Shown here: piece by piece, positions 17,077 to 27,415 of the stretch | Numbering within the stretch: the stretch's first letter is position 1 | Layout: the number at the start of each line of letters is the position of its first letter | NCBI GenBank assembly: GCA_023667015.1 | Contig: JAMPAX010000002.1 | Span: forward strand, 54,259-118,258 | Direction of reading: 5' to 3' | DNA from: Muribaculaceae bacterium | Lineage (GTDB): Bacteria > Bacteroidota > Bacteroidia > Bacteroidales > Muribaculaceae | DNA length: 64,000 nt | Notes under the pieces: generated by a model | What the model was told of the DNA's origin: nothing | Database searches by the model: none | Seen by the model: only the letters and a program-made list of their open reading frames with translations | Translations under genes and position numbers: made by a program

Positions 17077-19005
17077 ATGAAGAATATATTCTGGTTTATA
17101 ATACTTTTATTCTTGGTTGCTTGCGCTTCTATCGGCAATCCTTCCGGTGGGCCGCGCGATGAGGAGCCTCCACGTTTCGTCCGCTCAAATCCCGACCCCG
17201 GGGCTACAAACTTCTCAGGCGACCAGATTACGCTCTATTTCAATGAGCTTGTCAATGTAAAAGATGCCTTCTCAAAGGTAGTCATCTCTCCCCCATCGAC
17301 CTCAACTCCCCGTGTCAGCTCTTTGGGCAGAAGGGTTACTATAAAATTTGAAGATACCCTTCGCGCTAACACTACATATACTATTGACTTTGCCGATGCC
17401 ATCGAAGACAATAATGAGAACAATCCCCTGACTAATTTCTCATATACTTTCTCTACAGGCCCGGACATTGACTCCCTGGGTTTCTCCGGTATGGTGCTTA
17501 GCGCTGAAGCTCTCGAGCCGATGCAGGGTAAACTCATAGGGCTCCACCTCAACCATGCTGACTCGGCAATTCGCATGCTTATCCCGGACTATGTAGCTCG
17601 CACTGACGATTATGGTCGCTTCTTCTTCCAAGGTCTAAAGCCCGGTGCATATCGTGTCTTCGCCCTCGATGATGCCGATGGCAACCGCGTGTACTCCTCA
17701 CCGGAGGAGGAATTCGGAGTCCTTGACTATTTTGTAGAGCCATGGGTTGACTACGCCATAGTTGCCGATACTATCCGCAACATAAAGACCGGAGAGATCG
17801 ACACCATTAAGATGCGAACACGCCGCATGCTGATGCCAAACGACGTGTTGCTACGTTCTTATACCTCTCGCTTTAAGCAACAATATATGACAAAGTATGA
17901 GCGTATAGATTCAACGCGTTTGCAATTCCTCTTCAACTCACCCTCGCTGAGTACACCTGAATTCGCTATCGCCGGTGCTCCGCGGCTAAAAGACTGGGCT
18001 ATTATGGAACGTTCGGCCACCAACGATACTATCCTCCTATGGCTAAAGCCCCGCAGTCTGGTAGGAGCTGATACTCTGCGTGTGGCCGTAGCCTTTATGG
18101 CTACAGATTCGGCCATGAACCTCTCAGAGCGTCGCGACACTCTGCGTATGACGTTCGACCGCAAAAAATTCAATCGCCAGAAAGCTGATGAGATTAAAGC
18201 TGCTGAGAAAAAATGGAAAGCTGAGCATAAAGCCATGGGAGACTCCGCGCCTCCATTTGAACCTCCGGCCGTATTTATGAACATCAACATAGTTGGGAGC
18301 TCAGTTCAGGAGGTGAACCTTCCCCTCTATTTTGAGACTGATAAGCCATTGGCAGCTCTCGACACAGCGTCGTTCCACTTAGAAATAATGCAAGATTCTA
18401 CCTGGACACCCATTGCAGTAGACATCTCTCAGAGCGACAGTCTTAAACCACGATCATTTCAAATCCGAAATCCGTGGAAATACGAGACAAAATATCGACT
18501 CCGGGTTGACTCATTAGCTATGACAGATATATATGGAGTACAGAGTCGTCCCTTCTCCCATGAATTCACCACACGAGCTGAGGGGGATTATTCGTCGCTG
18601 ACCATGCGACTAAGGGGCCTCGATCCCGGCATACCGGCATTTGTTGAGTTGCTGACACAGGATAAGCCCGTAAGGCGAGGTATAGTCGCAGATGGAGTAG
18701 TAACGTTTGAATATCTCTTGCCCGGCTCCTATTATGCTCGAATGTATGAGGACTACAACGGCAACAGCGTCTACGATCCGGGGGATTTTGACAAAGGAAT
18801 CGAGCCGGATGTTAGCTACTATTATCCCAAAGAGATAAATCTGAAGAAAAACTGGAGCAAAGACGAGACCTGGGATGTCTTTGGCACACCCATCAATCTG
18901 CAGAAGCCGGAAGCAATCCGTAAAAACAAGCCTAAACAGCGCCACACACCCACCCCAGGCAAGAAAAAGGAAAAGATCCGGGAAGAAGAAGAGGATGAAG
19001 AATGA
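17077..19005 (+). CDS. Ig-like domain-containing lipoprotein with Lys/Glu-rich C-terminal tail
   Basis: Lipobox FLVACAS; beta-rich repetitive body; C-terminus KKEKIREEEEDEE. Confidence 0.4.
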   Translation: MKNIFWFIILLFLVACASIGNPSGGPRDEEPPRFVRSNPDPGATNFSGDQITLYFNELVNVKDAFSKVVISPPSTSTPRVSSLGRRVTIKFEDTLRANTTYTIDFADAIEDNNENNPLTNFSYTFSTGPDIDSLGFSGMVLSAEALEPMQGKLIGLHLNHADSAIRMLIPDYVARTDDYGRFFFQGLKPGAYRVFALDDADGNRVYSSPEEEFGVLDYFVEPWVDYAIVADTIRNIKTGEIDTIKMRTRRMLMPNDVLLRSYTSRFKQQYMTKYERIDSTRLQFLFNSPSLSTPEFAIAGAPRLKDWAIMERSATNDTILLWLKPRSLVGADTLRVAVAFMATDSAMNLSERRDTLRMTFDRKKFNRQKADEIKAAEKKWKAEHKAMGDSAPPFEPPAVFMNINIVGSSVQEVNLPLYFETDKPLAALDTASFHLEIMQDSTWTPIAVDISQSDSLKPRSFQIRNPWKYETKYRLRVDSLAMTDIYGVQSRPFSHEFTTRAEGDYSSLTMRLRGLDPGIPAFVELLTQDKPVRRGIVADGVVTFEYLLPGSYYARMYEDYNGNSVYDPGDFDKGIEPDVSYYYPKEINLKKNWSKDETWDVFGTPINLQKPEAIRKNKPKQRHTPTPGKKKEKIREEEEDEE

Positions 19006-19018
19006 GAACGCAACCGGA

Positions 19019-19150
19019 TTAATCATGCTGCAACAAGATTAACCAAACTGCATCAGGATTCATCAAGCTTCATCAAGCTGTATCAGGCTGCAACAAGATG
19101 TATCAAGCTACATCACAGGCTGTATCAGGCTGTATCTGTTGCATCAGGCT
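19019..19150. repeat. Degenerate approximately 10-bp periodic repeat (CATCAAGCT / GTATCAGGCT units) in the convergent intergenic region
   Basis: tgcatcaggattcatcaagcttcatcaagctgtatcaggctgcaacaagatgtatcaagctacatcacaggctgtatcaggctgtatctgttgcatcaggctgtatcaagctt. Confidence 0.8.
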
Positions 19151-19169
19151 GTATCAAGCTTAAAATATC

Positions 19170-19207
19170 AATAAGAGGGCACTTCCGGATGGAAGTGCCC
19201 TCTTATT
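19170..19207. terminator. Bidirectional hairpin terminator (17-bp stem) between the Ig-like gene and frdB
   Basis: aataagagggcacttcc-gga-tggaagtgccctcttatt. Confidence 0.7.
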
Positions 19208-19225
19208 ATTGATTCTCGGTTGGGA

Positions 19226-19984
19226 TTATTCTTTGCACTTGGCGGCAATAAACTGGCGATTCATGCGGCCGATGTTGTAAAGTTTGATGTTCTTGGGGCA
19301 TTCAGCGGAGCATGCACCGGTGTTGGTACAGTTGCCGAAACCGAGTTCATCCATCTTTTCAACCATAGCGCGAACGCGACGATCTTTCTCAGCCTGACCC
19401 TGGGGAAGGAGGGCAAACTGGCTGACCTTAGCGCTGACGAAGAGCATAGCAGAACCGTTCTTGCAGGCAGCAACGCAGGCACCGCAACCGATGCAAGTAG
19501 CAGAGTCCATAGCCTCGTCGGCCATCTCCTTGGGAATGGGAATTGCATTAGCATCCTGAGCGCCTCCGCAATTGAAAGAAACGTAGCCACCGGCTTGCTG
19601 GATTTTGTCGAACGCATTGCGGTCTACCATCAAGTCCTTGATTACGGGGAAAGCTGCAGAACGCCAGGGCTCAACAGTGATAGTCTCGCCATTAGCGAAT
19701 CTGCGCATATAGAGCTGACAGGTAGTAGCACCGGTAGCAGGGCCATGAGGATGTCCGTTGATATACAGGGAGCACATACCGCAGATACCTTCACGGCAGT
19801 CATGGTCGAAAACGATAGGTTCCTCGCCTCTTTCAACGAGAGTTTCGTTTAGGATGTCGAGGGTTTCAAGGAATGAGGTGTCGGGAGTAGTTTCAACATC
19901 GGGATAAGTCACGAACTCACCCTTGGCCTTGGGACCAGCCTGACGCCACACCTTGAGGTTGACTTTCATTATTTTATCATCCAT
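19226..19984 (-). CDS. frdB: Fumarate reductase/succinate dehydrogenase iron-sulfur subunit
   Basis: [10 protein letters not shown] 2Fe-2S motif, CIGCGAC and CP cysteine clusters; directly downstream of the flavoprotein gene. Confidence 0.9.
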   Translation of the reverse strand: MDDKIMKVNLKVWRQAGPKAKGEFVTYPDVETTPDTSFLETLDILNETLVERGEEPIVFDHDCREGICGMCSLYINGHPHGPATGATTCQLYMRRFANGETITVEPWRSAAFPVIKDLMVDRNAFDKIQQAGGYVSFNCGGAQDANAIPIPKEMADEAMDSATCIGCGACVAACKNGSAMLFVSAKVSQFALLPQGQAEKDRRVRAMVEKMDELGFGNCTNTGACSAECPKNIKLYNIGRMNRQFIAAKCKE

Positions 19985-20011
19985 AGTAGATTCGAATTTT
20001 AGAGGGTTTGT

Positions 20012-22033
20012 TTATGACTTATAGTTACGTGTCTGAACTTTGATAGCCTCATAGTGGAGGGGCTCCTTGATGAGAGTGGGTGCTTCGCCATCGTTGCCGG
20101 CGTAATCCCAGCAGCTCACGTAGAAGTAGTTTTCATCATCACGCTTGGCCTCACCTTCCTCGGTCTGGTATTCTTCGCGGAAGTGGCCACCGCAGGACTC
20201 GTTTCTGCTGAGGGCGTCGTAGGCCACGAGTTCACCCATAGTGATAAAGTCATTGAGGCGGAAAGCTTTATCGAGTTCCACGTTCATGCCCTCAGCAGTG
20301 CCGGGGACGAAGAGGTCAGAGTTGAAGGTCTTACGGATTTCTTTGAGCTTGGCGATAGCAGTCTCAAGGCCCTCTTTAGTACGACCCATACCTACATATT
20401 CCCACATGATGTGGCCGAGTTCCTTATGGATGGAGTCTACGGTGCGTTTACCCTTGATATTGAGGAGGTGTTCCTGCTTGCTGATACAAGCAGCCTCAGC
20501 CTTGTCAAACTCGGGGAGATCTGTGCGGAAGTGGGGCACTGTGATCTGGTCGCTCAGGTAGTTCTGAATAGTGTAGGGGAGCACGAAGTAGCCATCGGCG
20601 AGACCCTGCATAAGGGCAGAAGCACCGAGACGGTTGGCACCATGGTCGGAGAAGTTACATTCACCGATAGCAAACAGGCCACGTACGGAAGTCTGGAGTT
20701 CATAGTCTACCCAGATGCCACCCATAGTATAGTGGATAGCGGGGAAGATCATCATCGGGTTGTAGTACTTCACACCGTCAATTTCCTTAGCGAGCTCACC
20801 GGGGTTTACGTCAGTGATTTCCTCATACATATCAAAGAGGTTACCATAGCGCTGACGAACCTGGTCGATACCCAGACGGTTGATAGCTTCAGAGAAGTCA
20901 AGGAAGACAGCGAGGCCGGTGTTGTTTACGCCGAAGCCCTTGTCGCAACGCTCCTTAGCTGCACGAGAAGCCACGTCGCGAGGCACGAGGTTACCGAAAG
21001 CGGGGTAGCGACGTTCCAGATAGTAGTCGCGATCCTGTTCGGGGATATCGGAGCCCTTGATTTCGCCGCTTTGAAGCTTCTTGGCGTCTTCGATGTTTTT
21101 GGGCACCCAGATACGACCATCGTTACGCAGAGACTCAGACATCAGAGTCAGCTTCGACTGCTTGTCACCATGGACGGGGATACATGTCGGGTGGATCTGT
21201 ACGTAGGCCGGGTTTGCGAAGTAAGCACCCTTGCGATAGCAAGCCATAGCTGCGGAGCAGTTGCAGGCCATTGCGTTGGTGGATAGGAAGTAAGCGTTGC
21301 CATAACCGCCCGTAGCGATAACTACGGCATGAGCAGCGAAACGCTCGAACTTACCGGTCACCAGATTTTTAGCTATAATACCGCGAGCGCGCTCTACGCC
21401 GTCCTTGTCTTTGATGAGGACAACGTCGTGCATCTCATAGCGATTGTAGCTCTTGACCTTACCGAGCTTAATCTGACGGTTGAGCGAGGAGTAAGCACCC
21501 AGAAGGAGCTGCTGGCCGGTCTGACCCTTAGCATAGAAAGTACGAGACACCTGAGCGCCACCGAAAGAGCGGTTAGCGAGGAGGCCACCGTATTCGCGGG
21601 CAAAAGGAACGCCCTGAGCTACGCACTGGTCGATGATATTGTTGGACACCTCAGCGAGACGGTAAACGTTGGCTTCGCGAGCACGATAGTCACCACCCTT
21701 GACGGTGTCGTAGAAAAGGCGATATACAGAGTCGCCGTCGTTCTGATAGTTTTTGGCAGCGTTGATACCACCCTGAGCGGCGATAGAGTGGGCGCGACGA
21801 GGGCTGTCAGAGATGCAGAAGTTGAGGACATTGAAGCCCATTTCTGCGAGGGTAGAGGCGGCGGATGCACCGGCCAGACCTGTACCGACAACGATAACGT
21901 CGAGCTTACGTTTATTGGCGGGGTTCACCAGCTTCTGGTGAGCCTTATAGTTGGTCCATTTCTCAGCGACAGGACCCTCCGGGATTTTAGAATCAGCCGG
22001 ATTCATTACTTTGATTTCTTTATTTGTTTCCAT
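20012..22033 (-). CDS. frdA: Fumarate reductase/succinate dehydrogenase flavoprotein subunit
   Basis: [17 protein letters not shown]-binding motif; HYTMGG active-site motif; 673 aa. Confidence 0.9.
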   Translation of the reverse strand: METNKEIKVMNPADSKIPEGPVAEKWTNYKAHQKLVNPANKRKLDVIVVGTGLAGASAASTLAEMGFNVLNFCISDSPRRAHSIAAQGGINAAKNYQNDGDSVYRLFYDTVKGGDYRAREANVYRLAEVSNNIIDQCVAQGVPFAREYGGLLANRSFGGAQVSRTFYAKGQTGQQLLLGAYSSLNRQIKLGKVKSYNRYEMHDVVLIKDKDGVERARGIIAKNLVTGKFERFAAHAVVIATGGYGNAYFLSTNAMACNCSAAMACYRKGAYFANPAYVQIHPTCIPVHGDKQSKLTLMSESLRNDGRIWVPKNIEDAKKLQSGEIKGSDIPEQDRDYYLERRYPAFGNLVPRDVASRAAKERCDKGFGVNNTGLAVFLDFSEAINRLGIDQVRQRYGNLFDMYEEITDVNPGELAKEIDGVKYYNPMMIFPAIHYTMGGIWVDYELQTSVRGLFAIGECNFSDHGANRLGASALMQGLADGYFVLPYTIQNYLSDQITVPHFRTDLPEFDKAEAACISKQEHLLNIKGKRTVDSIHKELGHIMWEYVGMGRTKEGLETAIAKLKEIRKTFNSDLFVPGTAEGMNVELDKAFRLNDFITMGELVAYDALSRNESCGGHFREEYQTEEGEAKRDDENYFYVSCWDYAGNDGEAPTLIKEPLHYEAIKVQTRNYKS

Positions 22034-22045
22034 ATCGCTAAAGTA

Positions 22046-23044
22046 TTAGTAAGGCATCTGTTGGAGTGCGGGGTTCTGTTGAGCCTGAGGGCCTTCGAGG
22101 TAATCGAGGAATTTAACTCCGTTTTTAAGGATTTCAGCTTGCTTCTTCATGTCGTCGATTTGCTTCTGAGCTTCAGGATTAGCCTTAAGTTGAGCTGCAA
22201 TCTGAGGATCGTTGAGTTGCTTGAGCTGAGCGTCGAGCTGGGCATCGCTCTGACGAAGCGCCATAGAGATTTCCTCGAAAGAAACCATCTTAGCCTGAGT
22301 CTGGAAAGCAGCCACGGGCATATTCATGATAGTGCCTTCTCCGACTTCCTTGCACATTTCATCGATAAGCATGTCCTTGTACTGAGCGCGGAGCTCGGTG
22401 TTGGTCTTGTAGTAGTCATCGTTGGAACGAACGTAGAAGACTACGGCCTCAGCCACGAACAGAGCGATAACGATAGTCACCCACCAGCAGCCGATACATT
22501 TCAAGCGGGGAATCCAAGCTGTAGAATCCCAGCCGATAGATTGGAACATAGACCAGAAGCCATGGTTCATGTGGAACCAGAGAGCGCAGAAACCGATGAT
22601 GTAAACGATCGGAGTCCAAACCTGAGAGAAAGCCTCTTGGATGAAGAGTGTACCTGCGACAGCGGGGATTTCAGTTTCCCACCCCATCACTTCGACGAGC
22701 TGCATCTTGGCCCAGAATTGAATCATGTGGACCGCGAGGAAAGCGAGAATAACGATGCCGAGAACGAACATGTTCCGACTTGACCATTCCACATTTTTAG
22801 GCATCTTGCTGACCAGATAGCGTTCAGAGCCGCGAGCACGGCGATTTTGCACAGTCAGCATGATTGCGTAGATAATGTGGATAAGGATGAGAACGGCCAA
22901 ACCTGCCGAAGCCAGAAGGGCGTACCAATTGGCGCCGAGGAACATACAAACCTGGTTGTATGCTGCCGGCCAGCAGATTGCCACCGCGTTCATCAAACAG
23001 TGAAAAGTAACAAATAGGACGAGACATGCACCCGTAAGGGCCAT
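22046..23044 (-). CDS. frdC: Fumarate reductase cytochrome b subunit with an unusual C-terminal extension of about 100 aa (Gln/Ala-rich)
   Basis: Five TM helices with conserved His residues; start chosen at MALTGAC (ORF extends to 23197); C-terminal AQLDAQLKQLNDPQIAAQLKANPEAQKQIDD. Confidence 0.65.
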   Translation of the reverse strand: MALTGACLVLFVTFHCLMNAVAICWPAAYNQVCMFLGANWYALLASAGLAVLILIHIIYAIMLTVQNRRARGSERYLVSKMPKNVEWSSRNMFVLGIVILAFLAVHMIQFWAKMQLVEVMGWETEIPAVAGTLFIQEAFSQVWTPIVYIIGFCALWFHMNHGFWSMFQSIGWDSTAWIPRLKCIGCWWVTIVIALFVAEAVVFYVRSNDDYYKTNTELRAQYKDMLIDEMCKEVGEGTIMNMPVAAFQTQAKMVSFEEISMALRQSDAQLDAQLKQLNDPQIAAQLKANPEAQKQIDDMKKQAEILKNGVKFLDYLEGPQAQQNPALQQMPY

Positions 23045-23167
23045 TATGAACTTACGTCCTACAGAAGAGCTTGATAACCACATAGCAGTTCTTAGATTTA
23101 GGTATTGTTTATTATTGTTGTATTCAAAGAGAAGGAAGGAGCATAAGGGCGACCTCCCAATATCATG

Positions 23168-23175
23168 CAAAATTA
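23168..23175 (-). promoter_or_regulatory. Candidate frdCAB promoter -7 box (TAATTTTGCA on the minus strand)
   Basis: caaaatta on + strand is the reverse complement of TAATTTTG; about 120 bp upstream of the frdC start. Confidence 0.4.
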
Positions 23176-23300
23176 TGACAAAAACGGGTATGAGCAAAAT
23201 TTTTGGCCAATTGATTTTAACTTTTCTTATAAAAATTTAAATAAGGAGTAAAAAAGCACCCAAAAACAGGTTATAATTTGGTAAATTCAAAGATTCGTTG

Positions 23301-23308
23301 TACCTTTG
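23301..23308 (+). promoter_or_regulatory. -7 box TACCTTTG upstream of tRNA-Arg, with a TTTG about 20 bp further upstream (-33)
   Basis: TAnnTTTG match 13 bp upstream of the tRNA 5' end. Confidence 0.45.
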
Positions 23309-23320
23309 CGCCACAAATAG

Positions 23321-23394
23321 GGTCTGGTAGCTCAGCTGGATAGAGCAACAGCCTTCTAAGCTGTGGGTCCTGGGTTCGAATCCCAGCCGGATCA
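23321..23394 (+). tRNA. tRNA-Arg (anticodon UCU)
   Basis: tagctcagctggatagagca D arm; anticodon arm acagc-cttctaa-gctgt (TCT); T arm ctggg-ttcgaat-cccag; resembles E. coli argU-type tRNA. Confidence 0.8.
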
Positions 23395-23456
23395 CTAAAA
23401 CGTGTGAAGGTGAGAGAGAAATCTCCCGCCTTCGCTTGTTATAATCTCGTTATAAT

Positions 23457-23552
23457 TAAGTAGCTGTTCAATTTAAATTCCTTATTCGAGTGAAGAAACT
23501 GTCACAAAAATAACCGCGCATAAAGTTTAAATTTAAATCGACCATCTACTTA
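23457..23552. repeat. Palindromic element copy B: reverse complement of copy A with a 46-bp central insertion
   Basis: taagtagctgttcaatttaaatt-[46 bp]-ttaaatttaaatcgaccatctactta, 63 bp after tRNA-Arg. Confidence 0.8.
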
Positions 23553-23611
23553 AGACCTCCTTTCATAATAACTTTATGGTTCAAGGGACTGAGAGTCCGT
23601 CTATATAAAGC

Positions 23612-24532
23612 ATGAATGTCAGATTGATAACCCTGTTGTTGAGTTGTTTTTTTCTCAATACAGTTGTGGGGTTTGCGGAGAATATTTGTTTTAACAGTAC
23701 GCAATATAAAGAGGTCGAGTCTCTGCGCAAAGAGGGGTATGCTGAAAGTTTGGGATGGCACCCGGGGGATTCCTTAATTAACGTTCCGGCTTCGGTCAAG
23801 GTTATTCCGGCTTTTGCCTTTGCCGACATCTCTGAATTGCGGGTGGTTCGCTTCGATGATAATAGCCGGATTTCTTCTATTGGCAGCTATGCTTTTCTCG
23901 GATGTTCAAATATTGAGACTATCGCATTGCCATCTTCTTTAAAATCACTTGAGGAAGGGTGTTTTCGTGATTGTATATCTCTGAGTGAAATTACCATTCC
24001 CAATAGCATTACAAATATTCCGGCACAAGCATTCCGCGGATGCACCAAACTCCGGAAAGTACTTCTATCGCCAAACATAGTTAAAATCAGTGCATTTGCT
24101 TTTATATATTGTGAGTCTCTCGAAGAGATTTCCTTTCCTTCAAAGCTGCGCACTATTGGCAACAATGCCTTCAGTCGATGCCTGAGGCTGAAGGAGATAG
24201 TACTCCCCCCTACTTTGACGCATCTTGATTCATATGCTTTCTCAGACTGCATCAGTCTGCAGCGTGCTACTCTGCCGGGAAATTCTTCCCTTTTGGGAGA
24301 ATTGATTTTCAGTGGTTGCGCAAGTCTGGAGGAAATTACAGAACCCTCTGTGCGGGTGCCGAAATTTGACTGCAACAGTTATATCTTTGAGCCTACCGAC
24401 ACTGCTGCCTACCGTCGGTGCCAACTTATAGTTCCTGAAAGAAGCATTGATGCCTATCGGAAATCCCCGTCGTGGGGACTATTTGAGAATATCCTCTTTC
24501 CGGCACAGAAACCTCTACTAATCTATATGTAG
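23612..24532 (+). CDS. Leucine-rich repeat (BspA-type) domain protein
   Basis: Repeated about 23-aa units with the L..I.IP.SV..IG..AF..C..L pattern; signal peptide. Confidence 0.65.
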   Translation: MNVRLITLLLSCFFLNTVVGFAENICFNSTQYKEVESLRKEGYAESLGWHPGDSLINVPASVKVIPAFAFADISELRVVRFDDNSRISSIGSYAFLGCSNIETIALPSSLKSLEEGCFRDCISLSEITIPNSITNIPAQAFRGCTKLRKVLLSPNIVKISAFAFIYCESLEEISFPSKLRTIGNNAFSRCLRLKEIVLPPTLTHLDSYAFSDCISLQRATLPGNSSLLGELIFSGCASLEEITEPSVRVPKFDCNSYIFEPTDTAAYRRCQLIVPERSIDAYRKSPSWGLFENILFPAQKPLLIYM

Positions 24533-24931
24533 TGTTCTTATCCCTCTATCATCTACGGTTATGGATACGCGGACTGTATTCTCAGGGAGAAGGGGATCAA
24601 GATATTCGGGCCATTCTATCAAGCAAAGGTTGCCACTCTCAAGATAGTCTTCAGCACCCATATCGTGTGCTTCGGCTGTAGATTCGAGACGATAACAGTC
24701 AAAATGATATATCGACTCGCCATCGCCACCTACATATTCATTGACAATACTGAAAGTTGGAGAATTGACGTCATCCTCCACTCCCAGCAGGCGGCAAACA
24801 GCTGAGATAAAAGTGGTCTTACCGGCGCCCATCGGAGCTTCAAATGCAACGACTTTGCGGTTGTCCAGGGCTTTCAGAAATTCCCGGGCCGCTTCCTTCA
24901 GATTCTCTATATTTTTAATCTCTATAGTCAT
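24518..24931 (-). CDS. tsaE: tRNA threonylcarbamoyladenosine biosynthesis ATPase TsaE
   Basis: Walker A EAPMGAGKTTF; 137 aa with start at MTIEIKN (the upstream ORF extension covers a tandem repeat and is likely spurious). Confidence 0.75.
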   Translation of the reverse strand: MTIEIKNIENLKEAAREFLKALDNRKVVAFEAPMGAGKTTFISAVCRLLGVEDDVNSPTFSIVNEYVGGDGESIYHFDCYRLESTAEAHDMGAEDYLESGNLCLIEWPEYLDPLLPENTVRVSITVDDRGIRTLHID

Positions 24932-24953
24932 AGCTTTAGGATTGACTGTTATT

Positions 24954-24990
24954 TTATAAGTCTTATAAGATTTATAAGTCTTATGAGTTA
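24954..24990. repeat. Short tandem repeat TTATAAGTC x4 between tsaE and the divergent methyltransferase gene
   Basis: ttataagtcttataagatttataagtcttatgagtta. Confidence 0.8.
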
Positions 24991-25030
24991 ATCTAAGGGC
25001 AAAATTAGCTAATTTTTGTAATTTTGCCGT

Positions 25031-25828
25031 ATGGATATACAAGAAATCACCTGTATTAATGATCAACGTGTAGCCGCATATCGTTCGCTGACAGAGGCTC
25101 AGCTCAAGCAGGGTAATGAGGAAATTCCCGGAGGACTATTCATCGCGGAGTCGCCGAAGGTGATTCGTACTGCTCTTGGGGCGGGCTACGAGCCGGTGTC
25201 GCTGCTATGTGAGCGACGCCACATCGCCGGAGATGCAGCCGACATCATTTCTCGCATTGACGTACCCGTCTTCACCGGTGAGCGCGATGTATTAACTTCT
25301 CTTACAGGCTACAAGCTTACTCGGGGAGTACTCTGCGCAATGAAGCGTAAAGAACAGCCCACAGTTACAGAGATTTGTCATGGCGCCCGACGTTTGGCCG
25401 TCATCGATGCTGTTTGCGACACTACTAATATCGGGGCTATCTTCCGCTCTGCCGCTGCCCTTGGTATAGATGGGGTTATGCTGACCAAGGATAGTTGCGA
25501 CCCATTTTGTCGTAGAGCAGTGCGCGTGTCTATGGGAAGTGTGTTTCTTGTACCCTGGGCTTGGGTTGATGATCCTGTGGAAGACCTGCGCCGCGAAGGT
25601 TTTGCCACAGCCGCCCTCGCCCTTCGTCAAGATTCCATTACTCTTGACGACCCGACACTCAAGAAGCAGGAACGCTTAGCAATGATATTCGGCACTGAGG
25701 GGGATGGACTTCCTCAGGATGTCATTGATCGTGCAGACTATACTGTCATTATCCCAATGGCCCATGGCGTAGACTCACTCAATGTCGCTGCCGCCTCGGC
25801 CGTTACTTTCTGGGAGCTTAGAACCTAA
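25031..25828 (+). CDS. TrmH/SpoU-family RNA 2'-O-methyltransferase
   Basis: C-terminal SPOUT motifs (IGAIFRSAAALG, LNVAAASAV); 265 aa. Confidence 0.7.
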   Translation: MDIQEITCINDQRVAAYRSLTEAQLKQGNEEIPGGLFIAESPKVIRTALGAGYEPVSLLCERRHIAGDAADIISRIDVPVFTGERDVLTSLTGYKLTRGVLCAMKRKEQPTVTEICHGARRLAVIDAVCDTTNIGAIFRSAAALGIDGVMLTKDSCDPFCRRAVRVSMGSVFLVPWAWVDDPVEDLRREGFATAALALRQDSITLDDPTLKKQERLAMIFGTEGDGLPQDVIDRADYTVIIPMAHGVDSLNVAAASAVTFWELRT

Positions 25829-25849
25829 AATCGGCATAGCCGATTTTAG
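25823..25849 (+). terminator. Hairpin terminator overlapping the methyltransferase stop (11-bp stem)
   Basis: cctaaaatcgg-cata-gccgattttagg. Confidence 0.6.
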
Positions 25850-25852
25850 GTT

Positions 25853-25884
25853 GGTTTATTAGTTTATTAGTTCATTAGTTTATT
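25853..25884. repeat. Short tandem repeat GTTTATTA x4
   Basis: ggtttattagtttattagttcattagtttatt. Confidence 0.8.
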
Positions 25885-25919
25885 GCGAGCCGGAAGCTTG
25901 GGTTCATTGGACGCCGGGG

Positions 25920-26660
25920 TCATTGAAGGAGGAAAGAGATTTCCTTGAAGGCGTATTCGTGGGGGATTAGATCGCCCTCGTGGATTAGACGGATTATCCC
26001 TGAGGGGAGGACATCTATTATGCATGCCATTACATTTTCGTCTGTGCTCGCTATTTGGAACGGATACATACTTCCATCTCCTCGCCAGAGATTTTTCATA
26101 AATTCAGCATGCAAATTATCCCTTCCCCGGGGTGTGGTTGTCCTTGGCAGATAGCGGTCGAAAGACTCACCAAGTGCCTTTGCCACCTCCTCAAGATTAT
26201 ACTCAATCCCCGTAAGATTCGTCATACTTACAGGGTTGGGGGCATCACTATGGAACACTCGTTGATTGACATTCAGACCTGCTCCGGCTATAGTATACAT
26301 AATTTTGCCAACAGTCACTGAATGCTCAATTAAGATTCCGCAAATTTTCCGGTCGCCGACATATATATCGTTGGGCCACTTTACCATAGCCGGGATATCA
26401 AGATTCCTCAATACTCTGACAATTGCAAGGGCTACAGCCTCGCTGATTGCAAATTGATCGCGAGGATGTACACCTTCCGGATGATATATAAAAGAAAACG
26501 TAAGATTCTTATGCGGCTCACTCTCCCAGGAATTGCCACGTTGGCCACGCCCTGCCGTCTGATCCCTGGCAATAATCATGGTAAGCTCCTCTTCGTCAGA
26601 ATTATTCTCCCGAAGATAGGTATTAGTAGAATCTAAAGAGTCAAAGACCTTAAACTTCAT
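25920..26660 (-). CDS. birA: Biotin--[acetyl-CoA-carboxylase] ligase
   Basis: GRGQRGNSWES biotin-protein ligase motif; 246 aa with no N-terminal HTH (group I BPL). Confidence 0.8.
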   Translation of the reverse strand: MKFKVFDSLDSTNTYLRENNSDEEELTMIIARDQTAGRGQRGNSWESEPHKNLTFSFIYHPEGVHPRDQFAISEAVALAIVRVLRNLDIPAMVKWPNDIYVGDRKICGILIEHSVTVGKIMYTIAGAGLNVNQRVFHSDAPNPVSMTNLTGIEYNLEEVAKALGESFDRYLPRTTTPRGRDNLHAEFMKNLWRGDGSMYPFQIASTDENVMACIIDVLPSGIIRLIHEGDLIPHEYAFKEISFLLQ

Positions 26661-27415
26661 TGTTTGAAAAGAGGATTCTTGACAGCCTTGGTTTGGTTGT
26701 CCGCCTTTGGTTTGCTCGCTTTCGGATTGTCGACCTTGGGGTTGTCCGTCATTGAGACCTTTTGTTCCTGCTTAGGGGAAGGCTTCTTCCCGGAAATAGT
26801 ATCCGGTTGGGCTACACGCGTTTTCCGATATGGGCGTTCTGGGATATACTCCGGACGGAATTCAGGAGGGAGAATCTTGCGAGCATCGACAGAGTCAACA
26901 CGCGTCACAATAATCTTGGAATCGCCACGCCAAGGCAACACACCGCGATACACCTTATAAAACACTCTTACAGGATAGCCGCGAGACTCCATATGCTTCA
27001 GAGCAATAGCCACGCTCTCGTTTTCAGCGGTAAATTTAAAATCCTCACGATATACGCGGGTAGTGTCCATAATCTCGCGATATGGAAGGATTGTACCCTC
27101 GTATGTCTTAAAAAACATACCTTTGCTGCTAATTTTTTCAACATATCCAGCCAAGGAGGCATCCTCTTCAGCGGGAGAGAACCATTTGAGCCATATAGTA
27201 ATAACGAGGCCAAGAACCAACCCGGCCAAGATTAACCACATGTAAAAGCGTCCGCGACGTCGCGGTTTTAGATGTTCCCATTCCGTCTCGTCGGCATCCC
27301 AATAACGGGGATCATCCGGTTTAAATTCCGGTTGTTTAGGGGGCTTCGGCTTCTGCTCGGGAGCCGGAGAATTAAAATAGTCTTCCTTGTCGGATTCTCT
27401 ATCTGGATCGAACAT
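26657..27415 (-). CDS. Hypothetical single-pass membrane protein with Pro/Lys-rich termini
   Basis: One TM (FYMWLILAGLVLGLVITIWL); overlaps both neighbours (operon with the flippase-like gene and birA). Confidence 0.35.
   Translation of the reverse strand: MFDPDRESDKEDYFNSPAPEQKPKPPKQPEFKPDDPRYWDADETEWEHLKPRRRGRFYMWLILAGLVLGLVITIWLKWFSPAEEDASLAGYVEKISSKGMFFKTYEGTILPYREIMDTTRVYREDFKFTAENESVAIALKHMESRGYPVRVFYKVYRGVLPWRGDSKIIVTRVDSVDARKILPPEFRPEYIPERPYRKTRVAQPDTISGKKPSPKQEQKVSMTDNPKVDNPKASKPKADNQTKAVKNPLFKQ

Noticed and set aside
16866-17138. 90-aa minus-strand ORF in the AT-rich region between secDF and the Ig-like gene
   Set aside because: Low-complexity Lys/Asn-rich translation of AT-rich promoter DNA; overlaps the start of the Ig-like gene
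20054-22783. Long + strand ORFs (410 aa and 484 aa) inside frdA/frdC
   Set aside because: Antisense shadow ORFs of highly conserved minus-strand genes; low-complexity, Val/Gly-rich translations with no signal
23046-23197. Upstream in-frame extension of frdC (MLIPVFVIIL...)
   Set aside because: Would read through the predicted promoter box at 23168-23175; the TM-rich conserved region starts at MALTGAC
23457-23552. Invertible promoter (Bacteroides phase-variation switch) flanked by the TAAGTAG inverted repeats
   Set aside because: The segment between the repeats is only 46 bp (0 bp in copy A) and contains no -7 box. Known invertible promoters span 150-400 bp and use different IR consensus. 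Kept only as a palindromic element
24932-25066. N-terminal 45-aa extension of the tsaE ORF
   Set aside because: Extension translates the TTATAAGTC tandem repeat (TYKSYKTYK); the conserved TsaE sequence begins at MTIEIKN
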